Part shown: positions 38,859 to 50,769 of the stretch, piece by piece
Layout: each line of letters opens with the position of its first letter
How positions within the stretch are numbered: position 1 is the stretch's first letter
NCBI RefSeq assembly: GCF_001194135.2
Contig: NC_068983.1
Location: 419,487 to 483,486 of the forward strand
Source of the DNA: Octopus bimaculoides
Lineage: Eukaryota
Length of the DNA stretch: 64,000 nt
Reading direction: 5' to 3'
The notes under the pieces: model-generated
Told to the model about the DNA's origin: nothing
What the model saw: the letters and a program-made list of their open reading frames with translations, nothing else
Databases searched by the model: none
Program-made: the position numbers and the translations under genes

Positions 38859-39018
38859 GTGATGGCATCTATAAACTATTCCAGACTTCATATTCCATAA
38901 ATATTCAACGATGTGTACTTACAATAACACATTTCACACTGACGAGGTGATGGTGTCTATAAACTATTCCAGACTTCCTCTTCCATAAATATTTAACCAA
39001 GTATGCTTACAATAAAAC
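38859..39018. repeat. Two-copy tandem duplication, 88-bp period
   Basis: gtgatgg..tctataaactattccagacttc...ttccataaatatt...cttacaataa at 38859 and 38947. Confidence 0.9.
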
Positions 39019-39289
39019 AGTTTTTTTTCAGTTTTACCAAATAATTGGTGTTTGTCTCTCTGAAAATAAAATATGAACATTCGAAACAGGAGGTAGACAT
39101 GTTTTTCTACAATGATCAAAACCAGCTTTGCATCTAACTTCACACGGCACACTCCAGATAAACTGCTCAAAAAATGATCGATTCCATCTCACCAGGCCTA
39201 CCACCACGTACAACAAATGTTAAAGGGCTTGTGACATGCGTTCCACTATCTCCAAACAATTTAACTCCACCCCGAGCATTGGTTGTTAT

Positions 39290-39720
39290 CAAACTTGATT
39301 TCATATCCTCAAAACCGCAAAGACTATCACAAAGACTGAGCTTCCTCTCTGGATTAATGGATAAGAGGTTTTCACCCTTAACAACTCCTAAACTTCTACA
39401 AGTTCAGGTGAGACCTGCATTGGCACATTGCTTCATCATCTGGGATGGCGCTGCTGCTCCACACGCAGACACCCCAGACTGAATTGAAGATAAGAACACT
39501 TGATTGATTCACATGAAATCACTGAAAAACGCTCCAGCTTCCACACTGCTGTTGTACTGTCTCTTCTCTCTGACATTTCCACCCTTACTGCAGTGGTCAC
39601 TGTTCATCGGAACGGACTGGTCTTCAGCCTCCTAAACATTTCTACTCCGTTCATTTCTCATATTGCGTGTAGACCCCACATCCCACACTAACCACTGTTT
39701 CCGGTTCTTTTTCTGTAAAT
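39290..39720 (+). mobile_element. CR1/Jockey-group LINE fragment
   Basis: SQRLSFLSG...KLLQVQVRPALAHCFIIWDGAAAPH resembles the RT-distal 'LYKAQIRP.LEYCSHIW' region. Confidence 0.55.
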
Positions 39721-39989
39721 CTCTCCCTGCATATAGTTCCCATGCACCAGTATATAAGATCTTATATATATATATATNNNNNNNNNNNNNNNNNNNNNNN
39801 NNNNNNNNNNNNNNNNNNNNNNNNNNNNNNNNNNNNNNNNNNNNNNNNNNNNNNNNNNNNNNNNNNNNNNNNNNNNNNNNNNNNNNNNNNNNNNNNNNNN
39901 NNNNNNNNNNNNNNNNNNNNNNNNNNNNNNNAAATAGAGAGTGGGTGGGGATGGTGGAGAAGTATGCTAATGGTAGGAAAGTATCTTAG

Positions 39990-40510
39990 GCAACAAGAAA
40001 CCCAGGAGGTGATATTGCAAGACTACAACAGCAAAACCTTAATGCAATCTACAAAAGGGATGAAAATTTAACGCTGGAAAATTTCACGACCATTCCTCAT
40101 CCCATTCTCAGCACACAAACACTCCACAACTTCGATACACGGAATTTGTAGTGGTTGTAATTCCAGAGTCACATTCAGCACGTACCCTAGGGGTAAATAT
40201 GAGTCATGAAATAACTTTACATGTACACATTACCAAGACAGCAATGATGAGTGGAGTGAATTTTTAGATTATGCAATACAAGAGAACAAAAACAAAACCC
40301 TTCTCCTTTTGTGGAGAAAATTTATACTCAGGTGCCAAGACTCCACCCCACTCATTCTCCTTCAAAGAAACTGGGCAATGTACTTGAAATAGATGTTGAT
40401 GTCTTGAAGAAACACCTGGATAAGCTATTCTCTGTGATTTTTGGCGAACAAATTTCACGGCAAGAAACGCAACTGAAGGCAGCGACATCGAACTCCCTGA
40501 TTCACTAAAA
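39990..40510 (+). mobile_element. CR1/L2-group LINE fragments
   Basis: DIARLQQQNLNAIYK and IDVDVLKKHLDKLFS...QETQLKAATSNSLIH. Related to the 32.3-32.9 kb family. Confidence 0.6.
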
Positions 40511-41620
40511 AATTCAGTACTCCAGTATGACCACAACACTTGGGATGACACTTATAATAAAAGAATACCATATAAGAATCTATCTATCTATTTATCTATC
40601 TATCTGGACATATTTGACCTAAAAAAGGCCGTATTCACTGCCGTTTGCCGTTGAGAAAAAAACTTGTCTTAGGCAACAAGTGTTAAAAACAAAGTTATTT
40701 CACTGCAGCCTGTGTTGGGATGGTGGACGCATTCCTAGCTTCTAGCTACCATCAGCACCCTGAACTGCACGAGGGACAACCTGGAAGTCTTCGGTTCCTC
40801 ATAAAAAATTCAGTCACAACACGAACTGATCACGTGCGACGCCGGTCTCGGTTAGAACAGGGTATCATAGTGAACATTTCAAAGCAGTGCTGTGAATAAA
40901 CAAACATATTTAGATCAGTCTGTTTGAGACATATTTGACCATCGAACCATCGAACCATCGAATTGACTGTTGGTGCTTTTTAGCATCCATTGCGTAAAGC
41001 AAGAATCTCATCGACAGCAAACAGCAGTGAATCTGGTCTTTGTACTGGTCAGATGTGTCATGAACATATTTGACTGATCTATATATGTGCGGATGTGTGA
41101 AAAGAATATATATTTATGTATGTATAAATGTGAGTGTAGGTATCTGTGTGTGTATGTGTATGTACGTATGTATGTGTGTATGTATATGAGATATTAATAT
41201 AATGATATTATTCCGCTTCAAATAATAACTAGAATCAAATGGTTTAACAAATTTTCTCCTCCAAAACAGTTCTTCACCTAGTGACCTATTTATTTTTATT
41301 ATTATTCCAAATTTTGTAAATATTCTTTAAATGTTATTAATTTTTCTTCTTTAACTCTGTTGTTATCTTCCCCATCGCAACTCAATCCCATTTCCATATA
41401 TCTAAAACACTGCGGTGCTTTTTTAATGATTTATAGTAAAAAGTGGCTGCAAGATGTAGAAGTAGGCCTTGCATTCCGACCTCTTAAAACCGTCACTAAC
41501 AACGAAAACCAAAACAGGTCCTTGTGTTGGAGGGTTGTCGCATGAGTGGTGCAAAGGGCTTATAGGGAATCACCAATAAATGGTGGAGGCAGCGATGTGA
41601 TCTTACAGCGCATGCCCCCG

Positions 41621-41703
<83 letters not shown>

Positions 41704-42516
41704 TCTTAAAGGGTTTTTGAGTTTCTATAATGTGTGTGATTCTGTGAGAGAATCAATGGTAAATTGACGCCGAAAAAGTGGTTTTATTCCCAAAACAAAT
41801 TTAACAATAATTCTAGAAAAAACATTGAACTGTTTGAAAGAAATGGAGGACTGGATTTTCCATTCTCTGAGAATGACTGCAAATTCTTCCTCTGAAATTT
41901 ATCATCAAATATTTCACCAAGATCTTAACAGAATTTGTTATGAAACTTAGCTTCATCAGTTTTAATTACTAATATTTAACATAATATGTTATGTGATTTT
42001 TTCTATGTTGCTTTATTATATTTTTATTCTAACAGAAAAGGAAGGGCAACCCTATGCTGCACCGGACCATTTTTATTTCAGGGCCTCTGTGACTGATGGA
42101 AACAAAGGAGAAATTTATCGTTAGATTACAAGATCCCAATGCCTCAAACTAAAACATGCAGGAGTTAAGGAGGTGGGTGGTGGTGATGGCCGTTGAGGTG
42201 TTAAACTGGACGATGGGTAAAATAGGCAAAGTCACCCAACCAAGAAGAAGAACAGTCTCTTCGAGAAAATTTTTCACGGTTTGCCTCTTCAACATTCCAA
42301 TGATGAGGGGTGGGTGACCTTTAGATATAGTAGAAGATATCTGCTTGCAAATAGGATTGAACTCGGATCCTCAATGCTCTCAAAATAATTCTTAACAATT
42401 AGCTGCAACTAATTTACATGAAGGATTATTATAGTTTTAGTTTCTATCCACCAGTCTCTTGACTTTTTTTGTTTCTGGTCCTAAAGTATCATTGTTTATA
42501 ATTTTATCGTCGACAG

Positions 42517-42680
42517 GGTGCTAAACATAGAGGGGATAAACAAGGACAGACAAAGGTACTTATTTAATCGACCCCGAAAATACGAAAGGCAAAGTTGACC
42601 TCGGCGGAATTTGAACTCAGAACGTAACGGCAGACAAAATACCGCCAAGCATTTCGCCCGGCGTGCCAGCTCGCCGACCT
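42517..42680 (-). mobile_element. tRNA-derived SINE (type B), internally deleted
   Basis: Reverse complement matches 47087-47300 (gttcaaattccgccgaggtcaactttgcctttc). Confidence 0.85.
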
Positions 42681-42763
42681 CATTATTGTTTATAATCCAT
42701 GAACAGAAAATAAACGACCAGCTGATGTCGCTGTTTGTCAAAAAATTCATTTTACTGTCACAG

Positions 42764-42886
42764 TTCAAAGTTCAATTCGTCAATATGATACCGTCCAGTT
42801 GATTAAGATTATGTCAGGGAAACTGTGGGACACTGGCCCTGAAAATAGCGTTCTTCCACCAATGATAGGGGCCTTGGAAAAAGGAG
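42764..42886 (+). CDS. Candidate 123-nt symmetric (phase 1-1) coding exon
   Basis: Acceptor cattttactgtcacag| and donor gag|gtgagc. Open frame QSSIRQYDTVQLIKIMSGKLWDTGPENSVLPPMIGALEKG. Confidence 0.35.
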
Positions 42887-43191
42887 GTGAGCACTGTCCC
42901 TTCTTTCTCTCATATAAATCATTATAATGTTTATATTAAAAACATTAAATATATTTAAAGATTTAATTAACTCATTATGTGGGCGGGGGGAAGCCTAATT
43001 ATACCCAACTGAAGTTTCTAACAGACATCGAGATGAAATGTGCACTTGAGTGAGTGAGAGTATGAGTGAGTGTGTGTGTCTGTGACACACCTAACAATTC
43101 TCTTGTTATAAAAAGACAAAAAGATAAAAAGACGAAGTATGAAGCGTAAATTCTGCTGTCAAATTAGTTGCTTAAAAATAATTCGTCCAAA

Positions 43192-43294
<103 letters not shown>

Positions 43295-44109
43295 CTCTAA
43301 ATTAATACAACACTGGAAAAATAATCCGGGAAGCTCGGGAACGGAAAGTCCTGCATCTCTGGATCTATTGGTTTTCTGGGGACAGTTTAAATATACACTT
43401 AAAATATAAGATAAACTGAGAAAAGCAAAGAGATTGATTGTATTTGAGAGTTATACACTTCTCAAGCAGGGTTTGTTTGATAGATATTAAATCTACTTAA
43501 ATATCATATTGTATTATGCATACAGTATAATGTTTATAGGAACGAAGGAAAGTAAAGAAAGAAGACATGTAAAGAAAATGACGAAAAAATAAAGAAAACG
43601 AAGAAGAATAAAGAATACGATTTTATTGAACAGCTACAAATATAAACTGAAACACTTCTAAAGCAGATAATGTTTATCTAAATCCTCTGTATAAAGTAGA
43701 GAAGAAAACTATTTTTAACACATCGTATGTAAACTAAGCAACTTCAGAAACAGGGTCTATTATACACAATACAGAGTACAGGATATTACATGATATTGCA
43801 CAGTATTTCCGGATTTCTGGAAGCTGGAAAAGAGGCGTGTAAGTGTATAACCCTAAACTTACTATTTCATATTTGAAGTCAAGAAAGTAAAGAGAACAAG
43901 AATCAAATCACAAAGACCGAGTAATCGTAGATGTGGTGGAAGAAAGGAATATCTGCCTTACAGATACTTTAATACTCCTTTTGAATGCTCTTTACCCATC
44001 CGTCCATCCATCCATCCATCCAGCCATCCATCCATCCATCTATTCCCCCCTCTATCCTCTCTCTTTCTCTCTCCCCTCTCCCTCTCTCTCTCTCTATATA
44101 TATATATAT

Positions 44110-44480
44110 AAATTAACATAATGAGATTAAAAAACGAAGGCAGTAAATAGATCTCATAACATTTATCAAGGAAAGGTCTTACAGCTGTTTCCTGATATTT
44201 TATATGTCCCTTCATCAGAGACGGTGCAAGAAAATGTTTGAGTATTAATTATTATAGAGAAGATAGGGAAGTAAGAGAATGAATATAGAAGTGAAATACA
44301 TAAGGACATTGCTTTTGTAGTCCCATTATTGAAGTAGAATGGTGTATATAAGTGGTGAAAACATTTTTTTGGTGAAGAAATGTTCTTGTACCTGGTGTGT
44401 GAATTCCAATGGTGGTTATATTTGGTCATTCCAAGCATAGAGCCTTGTAAACAGTGTCGGTCGATCGAAGGTTTTTTTTT
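44110..44480 (-). mobile_element. Penelope-like pLTR / retrozyme-like repeat carrying H1
   Basis: Same layout as 10850-11200; abuts (TA)n. Confidence 0.55.
44176..44222 (-). ncRNA. Type-I hammerhead ribozyme motif (family H1, second copy)
   Basis: Minus strand: GTCT CTGATGA AGGGACATATAAAATATCAG GAAA CAGCTG TA AGAC. Stem I GTCT/AGAC intact, stem II decayed. Confidence 0.72.
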
Positions 44481-44634
44481 TAGGTGTGAATTAAAATGTG
44501 TTGGTAGTTTTAATGGATAAATAGAGGAAGGAGAGATGTGTATGATTAGAAAGAGGAGATGGGTCAAATCAAAAACAGGAAGAGAGAATGGGAGGAAAAG
44601 GAGAAAGAGCAAAAGGGCGGGAGACAAAAAGAAA

Positions 44635-44760
44635 TGTTTCTGTCTATCAAATCCACTTACAAGGCTTTGGTTGGCCTGAGGCTATAGTTGAAGACACCCA
44701 AGGTGCCACGCAGTGGGACTTAATCCGGAACCATGTGGTTAGGAAGCAAGCCTTTGAAAA
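44635..44760 (-). mobile_element. Type A SINE fragment
   Basis: caaggctttggttggcctgaggctatagttgaagacacccaaggtgccacgcagtgggact. Confidence 0.8.
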
Positions 44761-45574
44761 GATTATTCACGTCCATTGCATGTCTGATCACTACGACTCC
44801 CTATAGTTTTATTTATTAGTTTTCTGTCTTAACAACTGTGTCAGGTTGAGTTTGTGTTTACTCAAAAGTTTGACGTGCCTGCTTTACCCATCTTTTAATG
44901 AAATATAGAAATCTATAGAACATCACAAAACATTTAGAATTAACTCAAACACCTTTTCATAATTAAACCATTCTATTTGAAGGTTTCTGCTTTGTCTCTT
45001 TAGACAGTAAAGCTTTATTAATTAAAACATGTCTGGCACGTAGTCACACTGTGTTCTTTCAGCAGTAATTACTAAGAGGAGACTCAATGAGCTTAAAGAA
45101 AATGATATAAACAGTTTTTGTAAAGTTTGTATAAATTGTTTACATAAGAAATAACACTGAAAATTTTCTGCCAATTCAATGTTTCTTTATTTGGTTACAA
45201 GATTTATCTGTGCTACAGCAAGTCAGTTTGGGATGTCAATATGGCCTACCATAATTCTTCATGGAATACGAATAAATGGTCCCTGTAGAATGTTAATATC
45301 TGGTAACATTGCAAGCCTCTCCTTGGTTGTTTCTTACAGTTTTGGCGATAGATTCGCAATCGATAGAGTGAGGTTTTACTGTTGTTGGATAAAGTATTGA
45401 TGTCGGTGGTACAATATCGATACAATATTGATGTAATAAACATATCTTTACCGATATCTATAATGACATGACAATGAATATGACAATGATTCCACCCTGG
45501 TAAAATATTCTGTTATCTAAAAACAAAATCAAGAATTTGAAAAATCTTTCCTCAAATTATATACAACTCCTGCA

Positions 45575-45778
45575 GGGCCCCGCCTGCAAGGTCATGCGCT
45601 GTTTATCTTGATATGAGATCACTATGTCGTACACATTGTTGTGAAGCATGTACCTGGTGTACCCTTATCAGACGGGTAGTCATGATGGGTATACTGGGCT
45701 TCGCATATTTTACCCCATGCATTGCGCTCTCACATAATAATGGTAATAATAATAATAATGATAATAATAATAATAATG

Positions 45779-45838
<60 letters not shown>
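45575..45838 (+). repeat. Probable retroposon 3' tail ending in a long (AAT)n
   Basis: GC-richer 150-bp block followed directly by (AAT)n; family assigned from recollection only. Confidence 0.45.
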
Positions 45839-45841
<3 letters not shown>

Positions 45842-45948
45842 CAATAAGAAGAGTGCGACAGTTATCGAATGAGCAATATTTCGACATCTCGTGTGTCTTC
45901 CACAAGTTCAAAAGAAACATCTCAATCTACTTCAGTTTGGTAATATTT

Positions 45949-46992
45949 TCTCTCTTTATTAATCATAAAGGTTCAATACAGAGGAGACAAAACAAAGACA
46001 GACAAACAAATAGGGGCCAGGGATCGAATGAGTAACAATATGTATGGTTAATAGTTTTAAGAAAGTAAAAAGTAAAATATAATCGTGTGATTAAAACAAA
46101 ATGAAGTGGAGGATATGGTTGACCCTCGCAAACCACATAATCGCACTGAAGACTTTGCTTCTTTCATTTCTATTTCCCGCTTAAACTGGTTCTTTTACTC
46201 TCAACACACTTGCCACAGACTTCCATCTTTTATGAAACGCACCCCACGGCAGGCATTTCTTCTCCAGCCTTATTTTTCTTTTCATATGGAAAATAAAGAC
46301 GCAACTAACCTAAGGTTGGAGTTAAAAATGCCTGTCACAATCCCTTTCATTCTCGTCTCCCATACTACCTCCTTCGCAACAGCAACTGCCGAGAGAAAAA
46401 CAGCCTGCTCTTCCCTATTTAGGGAGGGCAGCGGAACAATCTTAATAATAGATTCGCTCGACAGTTGTCTTCTTCTTGAATGTGACAGCAGGTGTTCGAC
46501 ATAAGCCCAGAGTTCCGAAAACTTTCGGGCATTGCACAAGCGGGCATTGCAAAAGCCGGTGAAGGCGCAGACCCATGTCTAAAGAGCTTATCTCGAATTG
46601 GTAAAGCGCCTCTGTAACATTTCCATGCCAGGGATTTCTAGTAATTATGCATAAGCCCTGGCCCGAATGTTCTTCGGAATAGGCTATTGAGGTGACCCTC
46701 ATCGAAACCCAGGGTTTCTCCCAGGACTTCGTCATGTTTGAACTCTACTAACCCTCTATTGAAAGACAAGGTAGAACCCCCACCACCGGTGTTGCTCGAC
46801 TGGGAGAGAAGCACAAGTACCTTACGACACTCTGCATGACACGCGTCCAACCGCGGTCTACGCTTGATCCATGGGTCCAGTTCAGTAAACGATGTGAACC
46901 GTGGAAATATCAGCCTGATGAACGGAGACCACATCTGTTCATCAACACCACAACTTTCATACAGAGCGAGTCGAAAACACGTCTGTACACTA
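45949..46992 (-). mobile_element. Tx1/L1-clade LINE, 5'-truncated 3' portion (zf-RVT region)
   Basis: RGLVEFKHDEVLGETLGFDEGHLNSLFRRTFGPG; LVQCPKV; LWAYVEHLLS...SESIIKIVPLPSLNREEQAVFL...AKEVVW. AATAAA near the 3' end. Confidence 0.72.
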
Positions 46993-47086
46993 AAGAAGAG
47001 TGCGACTGTCATCGAAAGAACGATATTTTGACATCTTGTGTGTCTTCCACAAGTTCAAAATAAACATCTCAATCTAATTCATTTTG

Positions 47087-47300
47087 AAGGCAGCGAGCTG
47101 GCAGAGACGTTAGCACGCCGAGCGAAATGCTTAGCAGTATTTCGTCTGTTTTTACGTTCTAAGTTCAAATTCCGCCGAGGTTGACTTTGCCTTTCATCCT
47201 TTCGGGATCGATAAATTAAGTACCAGTTGCGTACTGGGATAGATCTAATCGACTAGACCCCTCCCCCAAAATGTCGGGCCTAGTGCCCAGAGTAGAAAAG
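47087..47300 (+). mobile_element. Type B SINE with 16-bp target-site duplication
   Basis: aatctaattcattttg (47071-86) and aatctacttcattttg (47301-16) flank a tRNA-like head (ggcagcgagctggcag...gttcaaattcc). Confidence 0.9.
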
Positions 47301-47382
47301 AATCTACTTCATTTTGGTAATATTTAATGGATTGATGTTACTCCTCCAGAAAGTAAAGAAACAATAAGAAGAGTGCGACTGT

Positions 47383-47420
<38 letters not shown>

Positions 47421-47424
47421 TAAT

Positions 47425-49140
47425 AACGTGAAAGATTAGTCCGTGATGCTGATAAAAGTCGACTTTCTGGGGTAAGATATGGACTAAGTAAGAACAACAT
47501 AATACTACAGCTGAATGGCTCTGCAGCTCGAAGCAAACAGCTTCTTATCCCCAACAAGAGGCTATCCACTTCACAGAAGACAGTATCAGAAATATGAGTA
47601 AAAAGATAAGAAATTGGAAAGCAGGAAGACCTGATGGTGTACAAGGATTTTGGATGAAAAAGTTCAGTAGTTGCCATAAATTGATTGCAGAGCAATTTAA
47701 TGCATTGGTCAATGGAGAAGAAGAAATCTCGGGATGGTTGACAAAAGGACGAACAGAGATGTGCCTGAAGGATGCATCAAAGGGAAATGTTGCTGATAAT
47801 TACAGACCAATTTCCTGTCCCCACCCCGTTAATGTGGAAGTTACTGTCAGGAGGAATTGCAGAAGAACTGTACAAATTTCTTGATGAGAACGATATATTA
47901 TCGACGGAACCAAAAAGGCTGCAGAAGGAGATGCAGAGGTACCAAAGATCAATTATTGATAGACAAAATGGTAATGCAAGATTGTAAACGAAGAAGACCA
48001 CATTTGGGAATGGCTTGGATTGACTGTCGCAAAGCTTGTGCTATGATTCCCCATTTGTGAATCATCGAGTGTTTAGGTCTGTTTGGAATTGCGAGGAATG
48101 TAACGTGTTTCTTGAAGAGAAGTATGGTGGGATGGAAAACTGAATTGACATCTTACGGAAAAAGCTTAGGCACCCTGGGTATCAGAAGAGGGATTTTCCA
48201 GGGTAATTGCTTATCTCCATTGCTTTTTGTTTACTGCGTAATACCCCTGACCTTGGTACTTAGGACCATGAACCTGGGGTACCAACTAAAGGGAAATTCT
48301 CAAACAATCAGCCACTTACTCTTCATGGATAATTTGAAACTGTATTGCAAGGATGAGACACGAGTGAGTTCCTCGGTGAACACGGCCCACTGTTTTTGTA
48401 CTGATATTAGAATGGAATTTGGACTCAAGAAATGCGGAGTAATTTACCCAAAAAGAAGCAAGGTGCAGTCGTTAGCAGGGATAGAATTACCGGATAGAGA
48501 CTTGATTAAGCAAATTCAAACGGAAGGACACAAATACTTTGGTGTTCTAGAGTTCAACGAAATAATGGAGAAGGAAATGAAAGAGCAACTGAGGATGGAG
48601 TATTTCCGAAGAGCGAGGTTGGTGTTGGGCTCAAAATTGATTGGGCAGAATAAAATTCAGTTAATACGTGGGCGATAGCATCACTTCGGTATGGATCGGG
48701 AATAATAAAATGGCAAAAGGGAGAAGTGATGAAATTGGATACCAAGATCAGAAAAATATTGACAGTACAGGGAGCCATCCACCCTAAGAGTGACACCGAT
48801 AGGCTGTATTTGTCCAGATGAAAAGGTGGGAGAGGTCTGATCAGTTGCCAGGACTGTATCGAAGCAGAGGAAAACAGCTTAGGGCGGTATATAAAAATGC
48901 CGTGGAGCCATTATTAAAACATATGAAGAAGGCCGGTGTCATCAGAAGTGAAAATTGTGTAAAGAAAGAAAAATTTAAGCAAGAAATGAACACACACCCA
49001 CAAAAGAAAAAAGCATGGAAAGAAAAGAAAATGTATGGTCAGTTTGCAAGAGATGTGAACGCGAAGACAGATACAGAGGACCAGTGGCTATTTATGAGGA
49101 GGAGTGACCTGAAGATAGAGAAAGAAGCACTCATATCACA
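47425..49140 (+). mobile_element. R4/Dong-like LINE reverse-transcriptase remnant
   Basis: NWKA..PDGVQGFW, NYRPISC, WIDCRKA, RGIFQGNCLSPLLF, HLLFMDNLKLY (catalytic MDD changed to MDN), MEFGLKKC, DRLYLSR*KGGRG. Frameshifted; starts right after (AAT)n. Confidence 0.92.
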
Positions 49141-50769
49141 AAGATATTAGAATGATACTAATGTGGTACTAATACCAGAATGTCAAGTAGTTGTTTTTGC
49201 AAAAATCTCACCTACAAATATAACGAGATTTGAGATGTAGTAAAACACTGGGATATCACGAAATTTTAAAATAAAACAAGACTGACAAATGGAGAGACTT
49301 TGAAGAATAATGAGATGGAGTGAAACTGCGAAAAATGGTGAGATTTTGAAATTCTGCGAAACGGATATATAGCGTGACATCGATAATGGCTCCAACTTTA
49401 AGAAGAGTACTTGTTTCTGAAAAAAAAAAAAAAAAGTTTAGTCCAAGCTCCCTCCACTCCGATAATACTTTTATACAGTTTACATTATAATTCGATCTCA
49501 TTGAAATCCTTTAAATTAATCCCCCCCCCCCTATCAAAATACTTCTCAGGGGATGTCGCTATTGTTTGAAGATATCATTGGACTAAATTTAGCCTAGAAT
49601 TTGCAACGTTTTTTTTTTCTTCGCTAGATAATTACGTGTACGTTTGATGCTATCTTCACTGCAGTAAGAAACTTTGGAAATGGTAGCTACTGAAAAACGG
49701 AACCATACACACACCCTCACCTCCACCTCACTAACAAAAGAATAAATCTTCAGGGTAAGCTACCGAATTTTGCAGACATATAATGCCTGCTATTCGAATT
49801 CAGTAGAAGAGTCGATGAAGTTCAAAGAACACACGCAATATTTGATATTCACCATTTGTGAATGATTGCTGACAACATTACACTCATTGTTGTTCTCGAG
49901 AGAATGGAATTTTCTTCTGTTTTTTTTCAGTCTCCTTTTCGCTTTGTATAAAACTTGATCATTGAATTTATAACCTCGTCGGCCACTTAGTTCAGAAGAT
50001 TAAAATATAGAACAAAGAGCTATGGAATATATGGGGGTTGGGGGATGAGGGAGAGGAATCTAAATTTCAAAATAATATTGAAATATTTTGCCTATTATAC
50101 GAGAAGTTAATAGCGATCGTTTACCGTATTTTACTGGTCTTCATTTCAGAGAAATTTGCCGAGCCATCGCAAAATAATGCATAAATTACCATACCATAGC
50201 ATAATTTCTAAATATTATGCTTTATATTGATACAATAACTCATTTATAGGTTAGAGAAAATGGATGATGTGACGTTCATATCGTTTGTTTTTATTCGCAT
50301 TATCGGTGTCAGGACTTCAATGAAGAGTTATAAATGGGTTTTGGATTGTTTAATGCTCAGCCCACAATCATTTAAATATAATTTTAGAATAATCCACACA
50401 CATGATGTGCGTGTAACAACAAGACGTAGATTTCCTCGCTGTTGTCACTCAAACCTTTCGTAGATCTCGTTGCGATTAAGATGAAGCAAAAGCACTTTAG
50501 AATATGGTTGTGATACTAGTTTAGAAGTAGTTAAATCTCTCTTTCCGAAAGACCACAATTATACGTAACACGCAAGTGCAAACTAGATTTATGATGCCAC
50601 TCTTTTCTTACGTGATTTCCGATTCATTCTATTTTTTTCGCCGAAAATTTATTTAATTTTCATTAGAATACCAGAGAAATTTCACTGCCTGAAATGATCA
50701 TACGGTATATATTAAGTGACAGAATTCAGTTACATGTTAGATGTGACGTCAGTAATATTTTTTCAGCAT

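Noticed and set aside
49150-49420. Possible Tc1 transposase N-terminal trace
   Set aside because: Too degenerate, and no TIRs were found.
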